Shown here: positions 28,559 through 37,620 of the stretch, piece by piece | Layout of the letters: each line of letters begins with the position of its first letter | Numbering within the stretch: position 1 is the first letter of the stretch | Assembly (NCBI GenBank): GCA_947567075.1 | Contig: CANOLZ010000001.1 | Coordinates: forward strand, 25,410 to 89,409 | Direction of reading: 5' to 3' | Length of the DNA stretch: 64,000 bases | Origin: an uncultured bacterium | GTDB taxonomy: Bacteria; Bacillota; Clostridia; Lachnospirales; Lachnospiraceae | Made by a program: the position numbers and the translations under genes | Notes under the pieces: generated by a model | The model's input: the letters and a program-made list of their open reading frames with translations, nothing else | The model's database searches: none | Told to the model about the DNA's origin: nothing

Positions 28559-29941
28559 GTGGAAGTAAGGGAAGAAGAAATAAAAGCAATGGTAAGAGAA
28601 GTAATGGCCCGAATGGAACGTTTTCCTCAAAAAGAACAAGAGGGTATATTCAAAAATATGGATGATGCCATTGCAGCAGCAAAAAAAGCCCAAAAAGTTA
28701 TGCAGAAAATGCCCATGGATTTTCGTGAAAAAATCATAAGTAATATTCGTAAAAAAACAAGGGGGCAGGGAGAACTGCTGGCAAAAATGGGTGTTGAGGA
28801 GACAGGAATGGGGAATGTGGGGGACAAAACATTAAAACATTTGCTTTTAGCAGATAAGACTCCAGGAACAGAAGCCATAACAACCCAGGCATGGTCTGGA
28901 GACAGAGGTTTGACCTTAACAGAGATGGGCCCTTTTGGCGTAATTGGAGCGATTACACCATGTACAAATCCTAGTGAGACTGTTTTATGTAACAGCATTG
29001 GCATGATTGCAGGAGGGAATACAGTTGTGTTTAGTCCCCATCCCCAGGCCGTTAAAGTATCCAATTACGCAGTACAGCTTGTAAATCAAGCTTCCATAGA
29101 AGCAGGAGGGCCAGAAAATATTGCTGTATCCTTACATAATCCTACCTTGGAAACAAGCAGTTATATGATGAAACATAGAGATATTTCCCTCATGGTAGCA
29201 ACGGGAGGTCCTAGTGTTGTAACTGCCGTATTATCTTCAGGAAAAAGAGGGATTGGAGCAGGCGCAGGAAATCCTCCGGTTCTTGTAGATGAGACGGCAG
29301 ACATAAAAAAAGGGGCCGCAGATATTATAAATGGATGTACCTTTGACAATAACCTTCCATGCATTGCTGAGAAGGAGGTCGTTGCCCTAGAGAAGATAGC
29401 CGATGAGCTTATCTATTATATGAAAGAAAAGGGGGGATATTTCCTTTCTAAAGAAGAGTTGGAGAGGCTGAGCGCCTTAGTGATGACAAAAAAGGTGCTG
29501 AACCGCTCATGTGTGGGGAGGGATGCAAAAACACTGTTGTCCATGATTGGAGTCAAGGCTCCTGAGGACACAAGATGTATTATTTTTGAGGGGCCTAAGG
29601 AACATCCCTTAATTGCAGAGGAACTGATGATGCCCATTTTGGGAATTGTCAGGGCAAAAGACATTGAAGACGCCATTTGTCAGGCAGTGTGGCTGGAACA
29701 TGGAAATCGTCATTCAGCCCATATGCATTCTAGAGATGTAGAAAATCTCACTCGTTTTGGAAAGGCCATGGACACAGCGATTTTTGTGAAAAATGCCCCG
29801 TCCTATGCAGCCTTAGGCTATGGAGGGGAAGGTTTTTGCACTTTTACCATAGCCAGCAGGACAGGAGAGGGACTTACTTGTGCAAGTACTTTTACAAAAA
29901 GCAGAAGATGCGTTTTGGCAGATAGTTTATGCATTCGATAG
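28559..29941 (+). CDS. pduP: CoA-acylating aldehyde dehydrogenase (PduP/EutE family) with N-terminal encapsulation-peptide-like helix
   Basis: GTG start after GAGGAGG. The N-terminal helix is EEEIKAMVREVMARME, followed by a linker. The ALDH core has catalytic NNLPCIAEKE. ~460 aa, as for PduP. Confidence 0.88.
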   Translation: MEVREEEIKAMVREVMARMERFPQKEQEGIFKNMDDAIAAAKKAQKVMQKMPMDFREKIISNIRKKTRGQGELLAKMGVEETGMGNVGDKTLKHLLLADKTPGTEAITTQAWSGDRGLTLTEMGPFGVIGAITPCTNPSETVLCNSIGMIAGGNTVVFSPHPQAVKVSNYAVQLVNQASIEAGGPENIAVSLHNPTLETSSYMMKHRDISLMVATGGPSVVTAVLSSGKRGIGAGAGNPPVLVDETADIKKGAADIINGCTFDNNLPCIAEKEVVALEKIADELIYYMKEKGGYFLSKEELERLSALVMTKKVLNRSCVGRDAKTLLSMIGVKAPEDTRCIIFEGPKEHPLIAEELMMPILGIVRAKDIEDAICQAVWLEHGNRHSAHMHSRDVENLTRFGKAMDTAIFVKNAPSYAALGYGGEGFCTFTIASRTGEGLTCASTFTKSRRCVLADSLCIR

Positions 29942-29962
29942 GAATATAGGAGGAAAAAGCCT

Positions 29963-31165
29963 GTGGAGATGAAGGAAACAGAAATTGAGAAAGTAGTAAG
30001 GCAAGTGCTCCAAAGTATGATGTCAGATCAAGAACAAGAAAGAAATCAAAGGGATTTCAATATTCCAAAAATAAGCAGGGTTGCTATGCTTACGGGAGTG
30101 GAGCATTATGAGATACAGGAGTATCCCATTCCACAATTAGGAGAAGAGGATATTTTAGTAAAGGTAGAAGGCTGCGGCATTTGTGGGACAGATGCCCATG
30201 AATTCAAAGGAGATCCCTTTGGACTAATTCCTGTTGTGCTGGGACATGAAGGAACGGGAGAAATTGTAAAGATGGGGAGGAGGGTAAAAGCAGATAGCGC
30301 TGGTAAACCACTACATGTGGGAGATAAAGTAGTATCCTGTATGATCTTTAAAGATAATCCAGACATTACTATGTTTGACTTAAATAAACAAAATGTTGGG
30401 GGAGCAGATGTCTATGGACTTTTGCCAGACGATTCTATCCATCTTAATGGATGGTTTGCAGATTATATTGTTTTGCGCAAAGGTTCAACTGTTTTTAATG
30501 TCAGTGACTTAGATTTGTATTCCAGAATTTTAATTGAACCTTGTGCAGTGCTTGTCCATGCAGTAGAGAGAGGAAAGACAACGGGCATTTTAAAGTTTAA
30601 TTCAAGAGTTGTTGTGCAAGGGTGCGGGCCTATTGGCTTAATTTGTATAGCTGTTTTAAGGACAATGGGAATAGAACATATTGTAGCGGTAGATGGGGAG
30701 CAAAAGCGCCTTGATTTTGCAAAAGAGATGGGGGCTGAGAGAGCTGTAAACTTTAAAGACTTCCATGGCACAGAGGAATTGTCAGAGGGATTGAAAGCGG
30801 CTTTTGATGGAAAGCTTGCTGATTTTGGGTTCCAATGCACAGGCTCTCCCATAGCCCATGGCAATATATATAAATTTATTCGCAATGGAGGAGGACTATG
30901 CGAGCTGGGATTTTTCATTAACGGTGGAGATGCCAAAATCAATCCCCATTTTGACATATGTGCAAAAGAGATTACCATAGTGGGATCCTGGGTGTATACC
31001 CTTCGGGATTATGCAACAACCTTTGACTTTTTAAAAAGGGCAAAGGGAATAGGCCTTCCTCTAGAGAAGCTTATTACCCATACCTTTCCTTTAGAAAGGA
31101 TAAATGAAGGTCATAGAACGAATTTAGCAATGGAAGGGTTAAAAATTGCAATAGTAAATATGTAA
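29963..31165 (+). CDS. Zinc-dependent (MDR) alcohol dehydrogenase with N-terminal targeting-like helix
   Basis: Motifs CGICGTDAHEF and GHEGTGEIV, plus Rossmann VQGCGPIGL. It has a ~35-aa N-terminal extension, ETEIEKVVRQVLQSMM. ATG 29969 is an alternative start. Confidence 0.85.
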   Translation: MEMKETEIEKVVRQVLQSMMSDQEQERNQRDFNIPKISRVAMLTGVEHYEIQEYPIPQLGEEDILVKVEGCGICGTDAHEFKGDPFGLIPVVLGHEGTGEIVKMGRRVKADSAGKPLHVGDKVVSCMIFKDNPDITMFDLNKQNVGGADVYGLLPDDSIHLNGWFADYIVLRKGSTVFNVSDLDLYSRILIEPCAVLVHAVERGKTTGILKFNSRVVVQGCGPIGLICIAVLRTMGIEHIVAVDGEQKRLDFAKEMGAERAVNFKDFHGTEELSEGLKAAFDGKLADFGFQCTGSPIAHGNIYKFIRNGGGLCELGFFINGGDAKINPHFDICAKEITIVGSWVYTLRDYATTFDFLKRAKGIGLPLEKLITHTFPLERINEGHRTNLAMEGLKIAIVNM

Positions 31166-31183
31166 GAAAGCAGGAGGTAGAAG

Positions 31184-31498
31184 ATGACAAATGCAGTAGG
31201 ATTGATAGAAGTATTTGGGCTGACTGCCGCCTTCATGGCAGCAGATGCAGGATGCAAAGCTGCCAATGTAACCCTTGAGAATTTTGATAAAAATAAACCT
31301 GCCAATGCAGATGCCCTTCCTGTTCCCCTTATTGTTATGGTGAAATTTAGAGGAAGGGTGGAAGATGTAAGGGCTGCCGTTCTTGCAGCAGAGGAAGCGG
31401 CAAATTGTGTAACAGGGGTTGTCTCGACACATGTCATAGCAAGGCCCCAAAAAGAGATTGAAGGGATGCTGAAATTAAGCGCCTTTGATAAAAATTAA
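31184..31498 (+). CDS. BMC-H shell protein, divergent (insertion at the pore loop)
   Basis: BMC-domain start [26 protein letters not shown]. The canonical K-I-G-S-G pore loop is replaced by [18 protein letters not shown]. Strong AGGAGG RBS. Confidence 0.8.
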   Translation: MTNAVGLIEVFGLTAAFMAADAGCKAANVTLENFDKNKPANADALPVPLIVMVKFRGRVEDVRAAVLAAEEAANCVTGVVSTHVIARPQKEIEGMLKLSAFDKN

Positions 31499-31520
31499 GA
31501 ATAAATGGGAGGTAACAAAA

Positions 31521-31799
31521 ATGGCTCAGGAAGCGTTAGGTATGATTGAAACAAGAGGTTTGGTAGCGGCGATTGAAGCGGCGGACGCAATGACAAAGGC
31601 GGCGGAAGTTACTCTGGTAGGGACAGAGAAAATAGGCTCAGGACTTGTATCTGTCATGGTAAGAGGAGATGTAGGAGCAGTAAAAGCAGCGACAGAAGTA
31701 GGCGCAGAGGCAGCCTCTAAGTTAGGAGAATTGGTGGCAGTACATGTGATTCCAAGACCTCATGGGGATGTAGAGAAAATTCTCCCTTCACTAAAGTAG
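31521..31799 (+). CDS. BMC-H shell protein (PduA/EutM-like)
   Basis: [54 protein letters not shown] is canonical Pfam00936. ATG 31521 lies after GGGAGG. Confidence 0.9.
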   Translation: MAQEALGMIETRGLVAAIEAADAMTKAAEVTLVGTEKIGSGLVSVMVRGDVGAVKAATEVGAEAASKLGELVAVHVIPRPHGDVEKILPSLK

Positions 31800-31838
31800 G
31801 GGTGAACCTGGAAGCCTATCAGAAAGGCGTGAATATAA

Positions 31839-32120
31839 ATGATGAAAGCATTGGGATTTTTTGAAATACCAAGTGTGACTGCTGCTTTTGCCGCCCTGGA
31901 TGTTATGTGTAAAACAGCGGATGTTGCCTTAGTGACATGGGAACGTAAACTGGGAGGGCGGCTGGTTACTTTGATTATAGAGGGAGATGTGGCAGCTGTA
32001 TCAGCTGCCATTGAGGCGGCGGCTGCAAAAGGGATGAGGAAATGTGTCCATGGGGTCATTCCAAACCCCCATGAGGAAGTGAGAAGACTAATTGAACTTA
32101 GTGCCAGCCGTCTAAAATAG
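31839..32120 (+). CDS. BMC-H shell protein, divergent
   Basis: KALGFFEIPSVTAAFAALDVMCKTADVALVTWERKLGGRLVTLIIEGDVAAV has the BMC fold pattern but an altered pore loop (RKLGGR). Confidence 0.8.
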   Translation: MMKALGFFEIPSVTAAFAALDVMCKTADVALVTWERKLGGRLVTLIIEGDVAAVSAAIEAAAAKGMRKCVHGVIPNPHEEVRRLIELSASRLK

Positions 32121-32232
32121 TAAGGAATAATAGGTGGTGGATTGGTGAATGGCAGAGATAAAGAAAAAACCAATAGATAAGAAAGAAAATGAAAATCTGG
32201 AAATAGAGGAAAAGGCAGTCAAGGAGGTAAAA

Positions 32233-32511
32233 ATGGTACAGCAAGCATTAGGCATCATTGAAACAAGAGGATTAGTAGCAGCCATTGAAGGGGCAGATAC
32301 AATGCTTAAAGCAGCAAATGTGGATTTGGTAGGAACGGAAAAAATAGGTTCAGGGCTTGTATCTGTTATGGTAAGAGGAGATGTGGGAGCTGTAAAGTCG
32401 GCAGTGGAATCAGGAGCAAATGCAGCTTCTAAGTTAGGAGAATTGGTAGCGACCCATGTCATTCCAAGACCTCACAATGACGTAGAAAAGATTCTTCCTG
32501 TATTAAAATAA
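32233..32511 (+). CDS. BMC-H shell protein (PduA/EutM-like), paralogue of 31521-31799
   Basis: [57 protein letters not shown] 32233 lies 5 nt after AAGGAGG, so the upstream in-frame extension from 32149 is less likely. Confidence 0.88.
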   Translation: MVQQALGIIETRGLVAAIEGADTMLKAANVDLVGTEKIGSGLVSVMVRGDVGAVKSAVESGANAASKLGELVATHVIPRPHNDVEKILPVLK

Positions 32512-32529
32512 GAGAAAGCAGGTGGAAAA

Positions 32530-33192
32530 GTGGAAGAGCAGACAAAGGAATACATTGCCAGGCTGGTGACAGAAGTTTTATGTAAGAAAGACTACGAAAC
32601 AAAGGGTTACATGGTTCCTATTGGAATATCCGCAAGACATGTCCACTTAACACAAGAGCATGTTGAAATTTTATTTGGGAAGGGATACAAGCTCACAAGG
32701 AAAAAAGACTTAATGGGTGGTCAGTTTGCAGCAAACGAGGAGGTGACCATAGTTGGAACGAAACTTCGGGCTATTGAAAATGTCCGGGTTCTAGGACCAG
32801 TAAGAACAAAGTCCCAGGTAGAAATTTCAAAGACAGATTCTTATAAATTAGGAATTGGGGTTCCAGTAAGGGAATCAGGAGATGTGGCGGGATCTGCTCC
32901 CATAGCCTTGGTAGGTCCAAAAGGGACTGTTTACTTGCAGGAAGGCTGCATTATAGCAAGGCGTCATGTCCATATGTCTCCCGGGGACGCAAAAGCTTCT
33001 GGACAAAAAGACAGAAATATTGTTTCTGTCAAAGTAGAAAATGAGAGGGGAACCATATTCAATCATGTACAGGTCCGAGTGGACGAAAGATTTACGCTGG
33101 AAATGCATATTGATGCAGATGAAGCCAATGGGGCAGGAATACAGTCAGGGGATATGGGATATTTGCTGACAGAGGAAAGAATTGAAGCCTGA
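32530..33192 (+). CDS. pduL: Phosphate propanoyltransferase with N-terminal targeting-like helix
   Basis: Duplicated PduL motifs GISARHVHL and ARRHVHMSPGDA. The N-terminal helix is TKEYIARLVTEVLCK. GTG start. Confidence 0.88.
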   Translation: MEEQTKEYIARLVTEVLCKKDYETKGYMVPIGISARHVHLTQEHVEILFGKGYKLTRKKDLMGGQFAANEEVTIVGTKLRAIENVRVLGPVRTKSQVEISKTDSYKLGIGVPVRESGDVAGSAPIALVGPKGTVYLQEGCIIARRHVHMSPGDAKASGQKDRNIVSVKVENERGTIFNHVQVRVDERFTLEMHIDADEANGAGIQSGDMGYLLTEERIEA

Positions 33193-33221
33193 AACAGGTC
33201 TATGAGAAATGGGGGATTAAA

Positions 33222-33488
33222 ATGCTTGTAGGAAAGGTTGTAGACAGTGTAATAGCTACAAGAAAAAATGAGCATTTAGTAGGTTGTAAATTTTTAATTG
33301 TAGAACCCTTTCAAAAAATGGAAGGCGGAGGGGGAAGAATAGTAGCCGTTGATAATGTAGGGGCTGGAATCGGTGAGATTGTCCTTGTAGCAAAGGGCAG
33401 CGCTGCAAGAGTAGGATGGGGTATGGAGAAGGCGCCTATAGACGCAGCTGTTGTTGGAATTGTAGACAATGGCATGGAACTGGAGTAG
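33222..33488 (+). CDS. BMC-P pentameric vertex protein (EutN/PduN/CcmL family)
   Basis: MLVGKVVDSVIATRKNEHLVGCKFLIVEP...VDNVGAGIGEIVLVAKGSAAR, 88 aa. Confidence 0.88.
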   Translation: MLVGKVVDSVIATRKNEHLVGCKFLIVEPFQKMEGGGGRIVAVDNVGAGIGEIVLVAKGSAARVGWGMEKAPIDAAVVGIVDNGMELE

Positions 33489-33494
33489 AAACTT

Positions 33495-34847
33495 ATGGAA
33501 ATAGAGGAATTAAAAGAGATTATGCGAGAAGGGGGCATTGTGGGCGCTGGAGGCGCTGGTTTTCCCTCTTATGGAAAACTAGATAAAAGAATAGAAATAA
33601 TTGTATTAAATTGTGCGGAATGCGAACCACTTCTTCGAGTACATAGACAGCTTCTCGCAAAACATGCCTATGAAATTTTAGATGCTTTAGAAGTAATAGC
33701 AGAGGCAGTAGAGGCTAAAAAAGTAATGATTGCTGTAAAAGGAGCATATAGGAAAACAATAGAGGCTGTGGAACGGGCATTTACAGAAAAAAAACGCCTC
33801 TGTCCTATGAAAATAGGAAGGCTTCCAGAAATATATCCTGCGGGGGATGAGGTCATTACCATTTATGAGGTAACTGGAAAGGTAGTGCCTCCAGGGAAAC
33901 TTCCAATTGATATAGGTATTGGGGTATTCAATGTAGAGACAATTTATAATGTTTACAGAGCGATCTTTGAAAGGCAGCCAGTAACCCATAAATATTTAAC
34001 AATAGGTGGTGAGGTGAGAGAGCCGAAAACTGTAAAGGTGCCTATTGGAATGAAAATAGAAGAGGTAGTGGAATTGGCTGGAGGCTCCCTCGTAAAAGAA
34101 CCTGTCTATATTCATGGAGGACCTATGACTGGCCCTCTTGCATCTGGTGAGGAGGTCATTACAAAAACGTCCAATGCCCTTTTAGTATTTCACGAAAACC
34201 ATTTGGTTGTCCAAAATAAAAAGAGGAAAAACTCAGTAAGTATGAAACGGGCAATGGCTTCTTGCTGCCAATGCCGTATATGTACAGATTTATGTCCAAG
34301 AAATTTGCTGGGGCATCCCATTGAACCCCATGAATTTATGAAAGGAGCCACAAGCGGGGTTACAAGAAATATAGAACCTTTTCTCAACACTTATTATTGT
34401 TCCCAGTGTGGTATATGCGAAATGTATGCCTGCATGCAAAATTTAGCTCCCCAAAGCCTTATTGGCAGCTATAAAAATGGACTGAGGGAAAAGGGAGTAA
34501 AACCTATGAAGAACCCTTCCTTTAGGGATGTTCATCCTATGAGAAGGGAGAGAATGGTTCCTATGGGAAGGTTAATTGCCAAGCTGGGATTGACTTCTTA
34601 TGACACAGATGCTCCCCTTACAAAAGAGATCCCAAAGCCTTCTTTTTTAAAAATATCCTTAGGTCAGCATATTGGAGGGCTGGCAAAGCCAGAGGTAGCC
34701 AAAGGAGATAAAGTAAAAACTGGACAGAAAATCGCTGGCGCTATGGAAGATGCATTAAGTGTATCTTACCATGCCCCTATGGATGGAGAAGTGTGGGAAG
34801 TAACAGACCATATCATTATGATGAAAACAGAGATAGTTCATGGATAA
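33495..34847 (+). CDS. PduS/RnfC-like flavo-iron-sulfur oxidoreductase
   Basis: GIVGAGGAGFPSYGKL (NuoF/RnfC nucleotide-FMN site), an SLBB-like middle region, and two ferredoxin motifs CCQCRICTDLCP and CSQCGICEMYAC. Confidence 0.8.
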   Translation: MEIEELKEIMREGGIVGAGGAGFPSYGKLDKRIEIIVLNCAECEPLLRVHRQLLAKHAYEILDALEVIAEAVEAKKVMIAVKGAYRKTIEAVERAFTEKKRLCPMKIGRLPEIYPAGDEVITIYEVTGKVVPPGKLPIDIGIGVFNVETIYNVYRAIFERQPVTHKYLTIGGEVREPKTVKVPIGMKIEEVVELAGGSLVKEPVYIHGGPMTGPLASGEEVITKTSNALLVFHENHLVVQNKKRKNSVSMKRAMASCCQCRICTDLCPRNLLGHPIEPHEFMKGATSGVTRNIEPFLNTYYCSQCGICEMYACMQNLAPQSLIGSYKNGLREKGVKPMKNPSFRDVHPMRRERMVPMGRLIAKLGLTSYDTDAPLTKEIPKPSFLKISLGQHIGGLAKPEVAKGDKVKTGQKIAGAMEDALSVSYHAPMDGEVWEVTDHIIMMKTEIVHG

Positions 34848-34862
34848 GAAAGGGAGAGGCAG

Positions 34863-35411
34863 ATGGGAAAGGCATTGGGAATGGCAGAGTATGTTACTGT
34901 TTCAACAGGAATACAGGCAGCAGATATCATTTTAAAGACAGCAAACGTAGAAATCATAGAAGCCCAGACTGTATGTCCGGGAAAATATATTGTACTTTTT
35001 TCTGGGGAGTTAAGTGCAGTCAAGGCCTCTATGGAAGCAGCGAAAGATAGATGCAGTATGCATTTCGTTGATGGCTTTGTTTTAGGAAACCCCCATGCAT
35101 CTATTTTTCCAGCTATTTATGGGTCAACGCCCATAGAAGATGTAAAAGCTCTTGGAGTGCTGGAAACCTTTAGTGCAGCCACTATAATTGTTGCTGCTGA
35201 TGAGGCTGCAAAAACGTCCCAGGTAGAATTGGTGGAGTTAAGAATAGCAAGGGGAATGTGTGGAAAATCCTATCTCATGCTCACAGGGGAAGTGGCGGCA
35301 GTCAAAGCAGCGATAGAGAAGGCAAAAAAAGCAGCTGGTGAGAGGGGGATGCTTTTGGACAGCAGTATTATTGCAAATCCAGATCGCCAGTTATGGGACA
35401 GCATTTTGTAA
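34863..35411 (+). CDS. pduT: Tandem-domain BMC-T shell protein (PduT-like)
   Basis: Two BMC domains in 182 aa. VCPGKYIVLFSG carries the Cys that ligates the pore 4Fe-4S cluster in PduT. Confidence 0.85.
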   Translation: MGKALGMAEYVTVSTGIQAADIILKTANVEIIEAQTVCPGKYIVLFSGELSAVKASMEAAKDRCSMHFVDGFVLGNPHASIFPAIYGSTPIEDVKALGVLETFSAATIIVAADEAAKTSQVELVELRIARGMCGKSYLMLTGEVAAVKAAIEKAKKAAGERGMLLDSSIIANPDRQLWDSIL

Positions 35412-35425
35412 GAAAGGAGAAGGGC

Positions 35426-36892
35426 ATGGAAAAGAGAGTATTAGCATTTGACTTTGGAGCTTCTGGCGGAAGGGCAATGGCTGGTATTTACAACGGAGAG
35501 AAAATAATACTAGAAGAACTCCATCGGTTTTCCAATGAGCCAGTCACAGTTCGAGGAGTTATGTATTGGGACGTTCTAAGATTATTTTATGAAATGAAGC
35601 AAGGCATTTTAAAAGGGAAGCAAAAAGGGAGATTTCAAAGCATTGGCATTGACACATGGGGAGTGGATTTTGGACTATTAGATAAAGATGGAACCTTATT
35701 GGAAAACCCAGTGCATTACAGAGACAATCGCACAAAGGGCATGTTGGAAAAGAGTTTTGAGTACATAGACAAAGAGAAGTTTTATGAAATTACAGGAAAT
35801 CAATTTATGGAAATAAACACTGCCTTTCAACTCCTCTCCTTATCTCAAAATAGGCCAGAGTTTTTAGAAAGAGGGAAAACTTTGCTGCTCATGCCAGACT
35901 TATTTACATATATGTTAACAGGAGTGAAAAGTGCAGAATATTCTATTGCCTCCACGACCCAGCTCCTTGATGCTAGGAAAAGATCCTGGTCTTACTATGT
36001 TATAGAAAAGTTAGGTCTTCCAAAACATATTTTTCCTACGATTGTACAAAGTGGTACAAAGATTGGACCAATAAGTAAAGAAATATGCCAGGAGCTCATT
36101 ATAGATTCTGTAGATGTAATTTCTGTAGCTTCTCATGATACACAGAGCGCTCTTTTGGCAGTGACGGCAAAGGAAAAAGATTTTCTATTTATTAGCTGTG
36201 GCACATGGTCTTTGATTGGCACAGAATTAGAGGAACCAATTATTAATGAAAAGTCTCAAAAGTACAATATTACAAATGAGGGAGGATGTGATAAAAAGGC
36301 TGTTTTTCTAAAAAATATGATTGGACTTTGGCTCATACAAGAAAGCAGGAGACAGTGGATAAGAGAAGGAAAGGAATACGGATTTGGAGACTTGGAAAAA
36401 CTGGCAAAAGAGGCAAGAGGCTTCCTTTCCTTTGTGGATCCTGATGCGCCAGAGTTTGTTCCCCAGGGAGATATACCAGGAAAGATCCGAGAATTTTGCA
36501 AAAAAACAAATCAGCCTGTTCCTGAAACCATAGGTGAAATCGTAAGGTGCATTCATGAAAGCCTGGCATTGAAATATAGAATTGCTTTAGAGGAAATAGA
36601 GGAATGTACAGGGAAAAAATATGAGACAATTTATATGGTAGGAGGGGGAACCCAGAGTAAACTTCTCTGTCAGTGCACAGCCAATGCATGTAACAGAACC
36701 GTTGCGGCAGGTCCAGTGGAGGCTACAGTACTTGGAAATCTTGTGCTTCAGCTTGTGGCATCTGGGGACATTGGAGGTACAAAAGAGGCTAGGGAGTTGA
36801 TTGCCCAATCCCAAAAAATAAATATATATGAGCCAAATAGAGGAGGGGAGTGGGAGGAAGCTTACGGAAGATTTAAAAGTCTTTTTATGTAA
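35426..36892 (+). CDS. FGGY-family sugar kinase (rhamnulokinase/L-fuculokinase type)
   Basis: VLAFDFGASGGRAMAG...LHRFSNEPV...YWDVLRLF is the RhaB-like N-terminus, plus GIDTWGVDFGLLD and VGGGTQSKLL. Confidence 0.85.
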   Translation: MEKRVLAFDFGASGGRAMAGIYNGEKIILEELHRFSNEPVTVRGVMYWDVLRLFYEMKQGILKGKQKGRFQSIGIDTWGVDFGLLDKDGTLLENPVHYRDNRTKGMLEKSFEYIDKEKFYEITGNQFMEINTAFQLLSLSQNRPEFLERGKTLLLMPDLFTYMLTGVKSAEYSIASTTQLLDARKRSWSYYVIEKLGLPKHIFPTIVQSGTKIGPISKEICQELIIDSVDVISVASHDTQSALLAVTAKEKDFLFISCGTWSLIGTELEEPIINEKSQKYNITNEGGCDKKAVFLKNMIGLWLIQESRRQWIREGKEYGFGDLEKLAKEARGFLSFVDPDAPEFVPQGDIPGKIREFCKKTNQPVPETIGEIVRCIHESLALKYRIALEEIEECTGKKYETIYMVGGGTQSKLLCQCTANACNRTVAAGPVEATVLGNLVLQLVASGDIGGTKEARELIAQSQKINIYEPNRGGEWEEAYGRFKSLFM

Positions 36893-36929
36893 GGAGACAG
36901 ACCCTATGATAAAAACCTGGCTCATTCCG

Positions 36930-37620
36930 TTGTTTTAGTATACGAAGGCTGTAACACCTGGTTCCAATCACTATCATTATGTCCAAAGTTTACAAGGAAG
37001 AACTTTACACCGCCAGAATGCCTGTCTTGTCTTTTTTAGCATGGAATGATAGGATTTTATACAGTTTTTACTGGTGGATGGCAAGTTGCATTGTCATGGA
37101 TGTACGATAGGCTTAGCCATTAGTCTTGCGGCTGCACTGGTTCATAACAATGGTCAGATAAGTTTACCTTTTCTTTTGTACATGGATTTAGGTAATGTCC
37201 GTACACGATTTTGGATGGATGGTTTCCATTTCAAATTCACATTTCAAAATATTCACCTTACCATCTAGAACACTGTCAAAGTTAGCCTGGGGATTGTACT
37301 TCTTTACTATAACAAAGTACAATCCCTGCTCTGTCATATGCATTTGGACTCCTTTGACGCTGCATGGAGAACCAATATCATTGCGTATGCGTCATACTTT
37401 GACAGTCCCATATCTGTACTTTGAGTTCTCCTATACCTGTTTTACTTTCCGATAGAATTTCTTGTATTCCTGACGCTTATTTGAAGAAACACAAACCCAG
37501 AACCTTGGATTACCTACTTTTTGGAAACTTCAAAACGTTGCAAAGTATGAATGTAATGTAGTTGTTTGAATAGTTTTGAAGAAAAGACACAGTTTCTGCT
37601 CGTATTGTTTTGATCAAAGG
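36930..37620 (-). pseudogene. Degraded coding remnants (possibly a DDE/IS630-mariner-like transposase)
   Basis: The reverse strand gives short peptide stretches broken by stops and frame changes (e.g. ...SYIHDNATCHPPVKTV*, ...DWNQVLQPSYTKTTE*). No intact ORF or RBS is present. Confidence 0.25.

Larger units (their letters stand above)
23108..36892 (+). other. Glycyl-radical-enzyme microcompartment (GRM) operon for fucose/rhamnose-derived 1,2-propanediol
   Basis: 17 co-directional, tightly spaced genes. They encode the GRE and activase, acylating ALDH, ADH, PduL, seven shell proteins, aldolases and a kinase. No cobalamin-dependent diol dehydratase genes are present. Confidence 0.85.

Noticed and set aside
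32149-32232. 28-codon Lys/Glu-rich N-terminal extension on the fourth BMC-H protein, as given by the ORF track.
   Set aside because: A near-perfect AAGGAGG sits 5 nt before the internal ATG at 32233. That start yields a canonical-length BMC-H. The extension is probably untranslated spacer, though a long isoform cannot be excluded.
28627-32462. Long antisense ORFs in the track (e.g. 28627-29064, 30463-30978, 31111-31437, 31760-32173 and 32112-32462 on the minus strand). Similar ones occur elsewhere (236-619 +, 1350-1796 -, 5883-6224 -, 20028-20393 -).
   Set aside because: Each lies fully opposite a gene with strong family motifs. They have biased, low-complexity composition (Ser/Ala/Pro/Phe-rich) and lack an RBS. 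They are shadow ORFs.
34793-35050. 85-aa ORF overlapping the end of the PduS-like gene and the start of the PduT-like gene.
   Set aside because: It is out of frame with two well-supported genes and has no RBS or motifs.
37074-37455. Plus-strand ORFs 37074-37268 and 37195-37455 in the degraded interval.
   Set aside because: They have no RBS, overlap each other and have hydrophobic, odd composition. They lie opposite apparent transposase-like debris. They are treated as non-coding.
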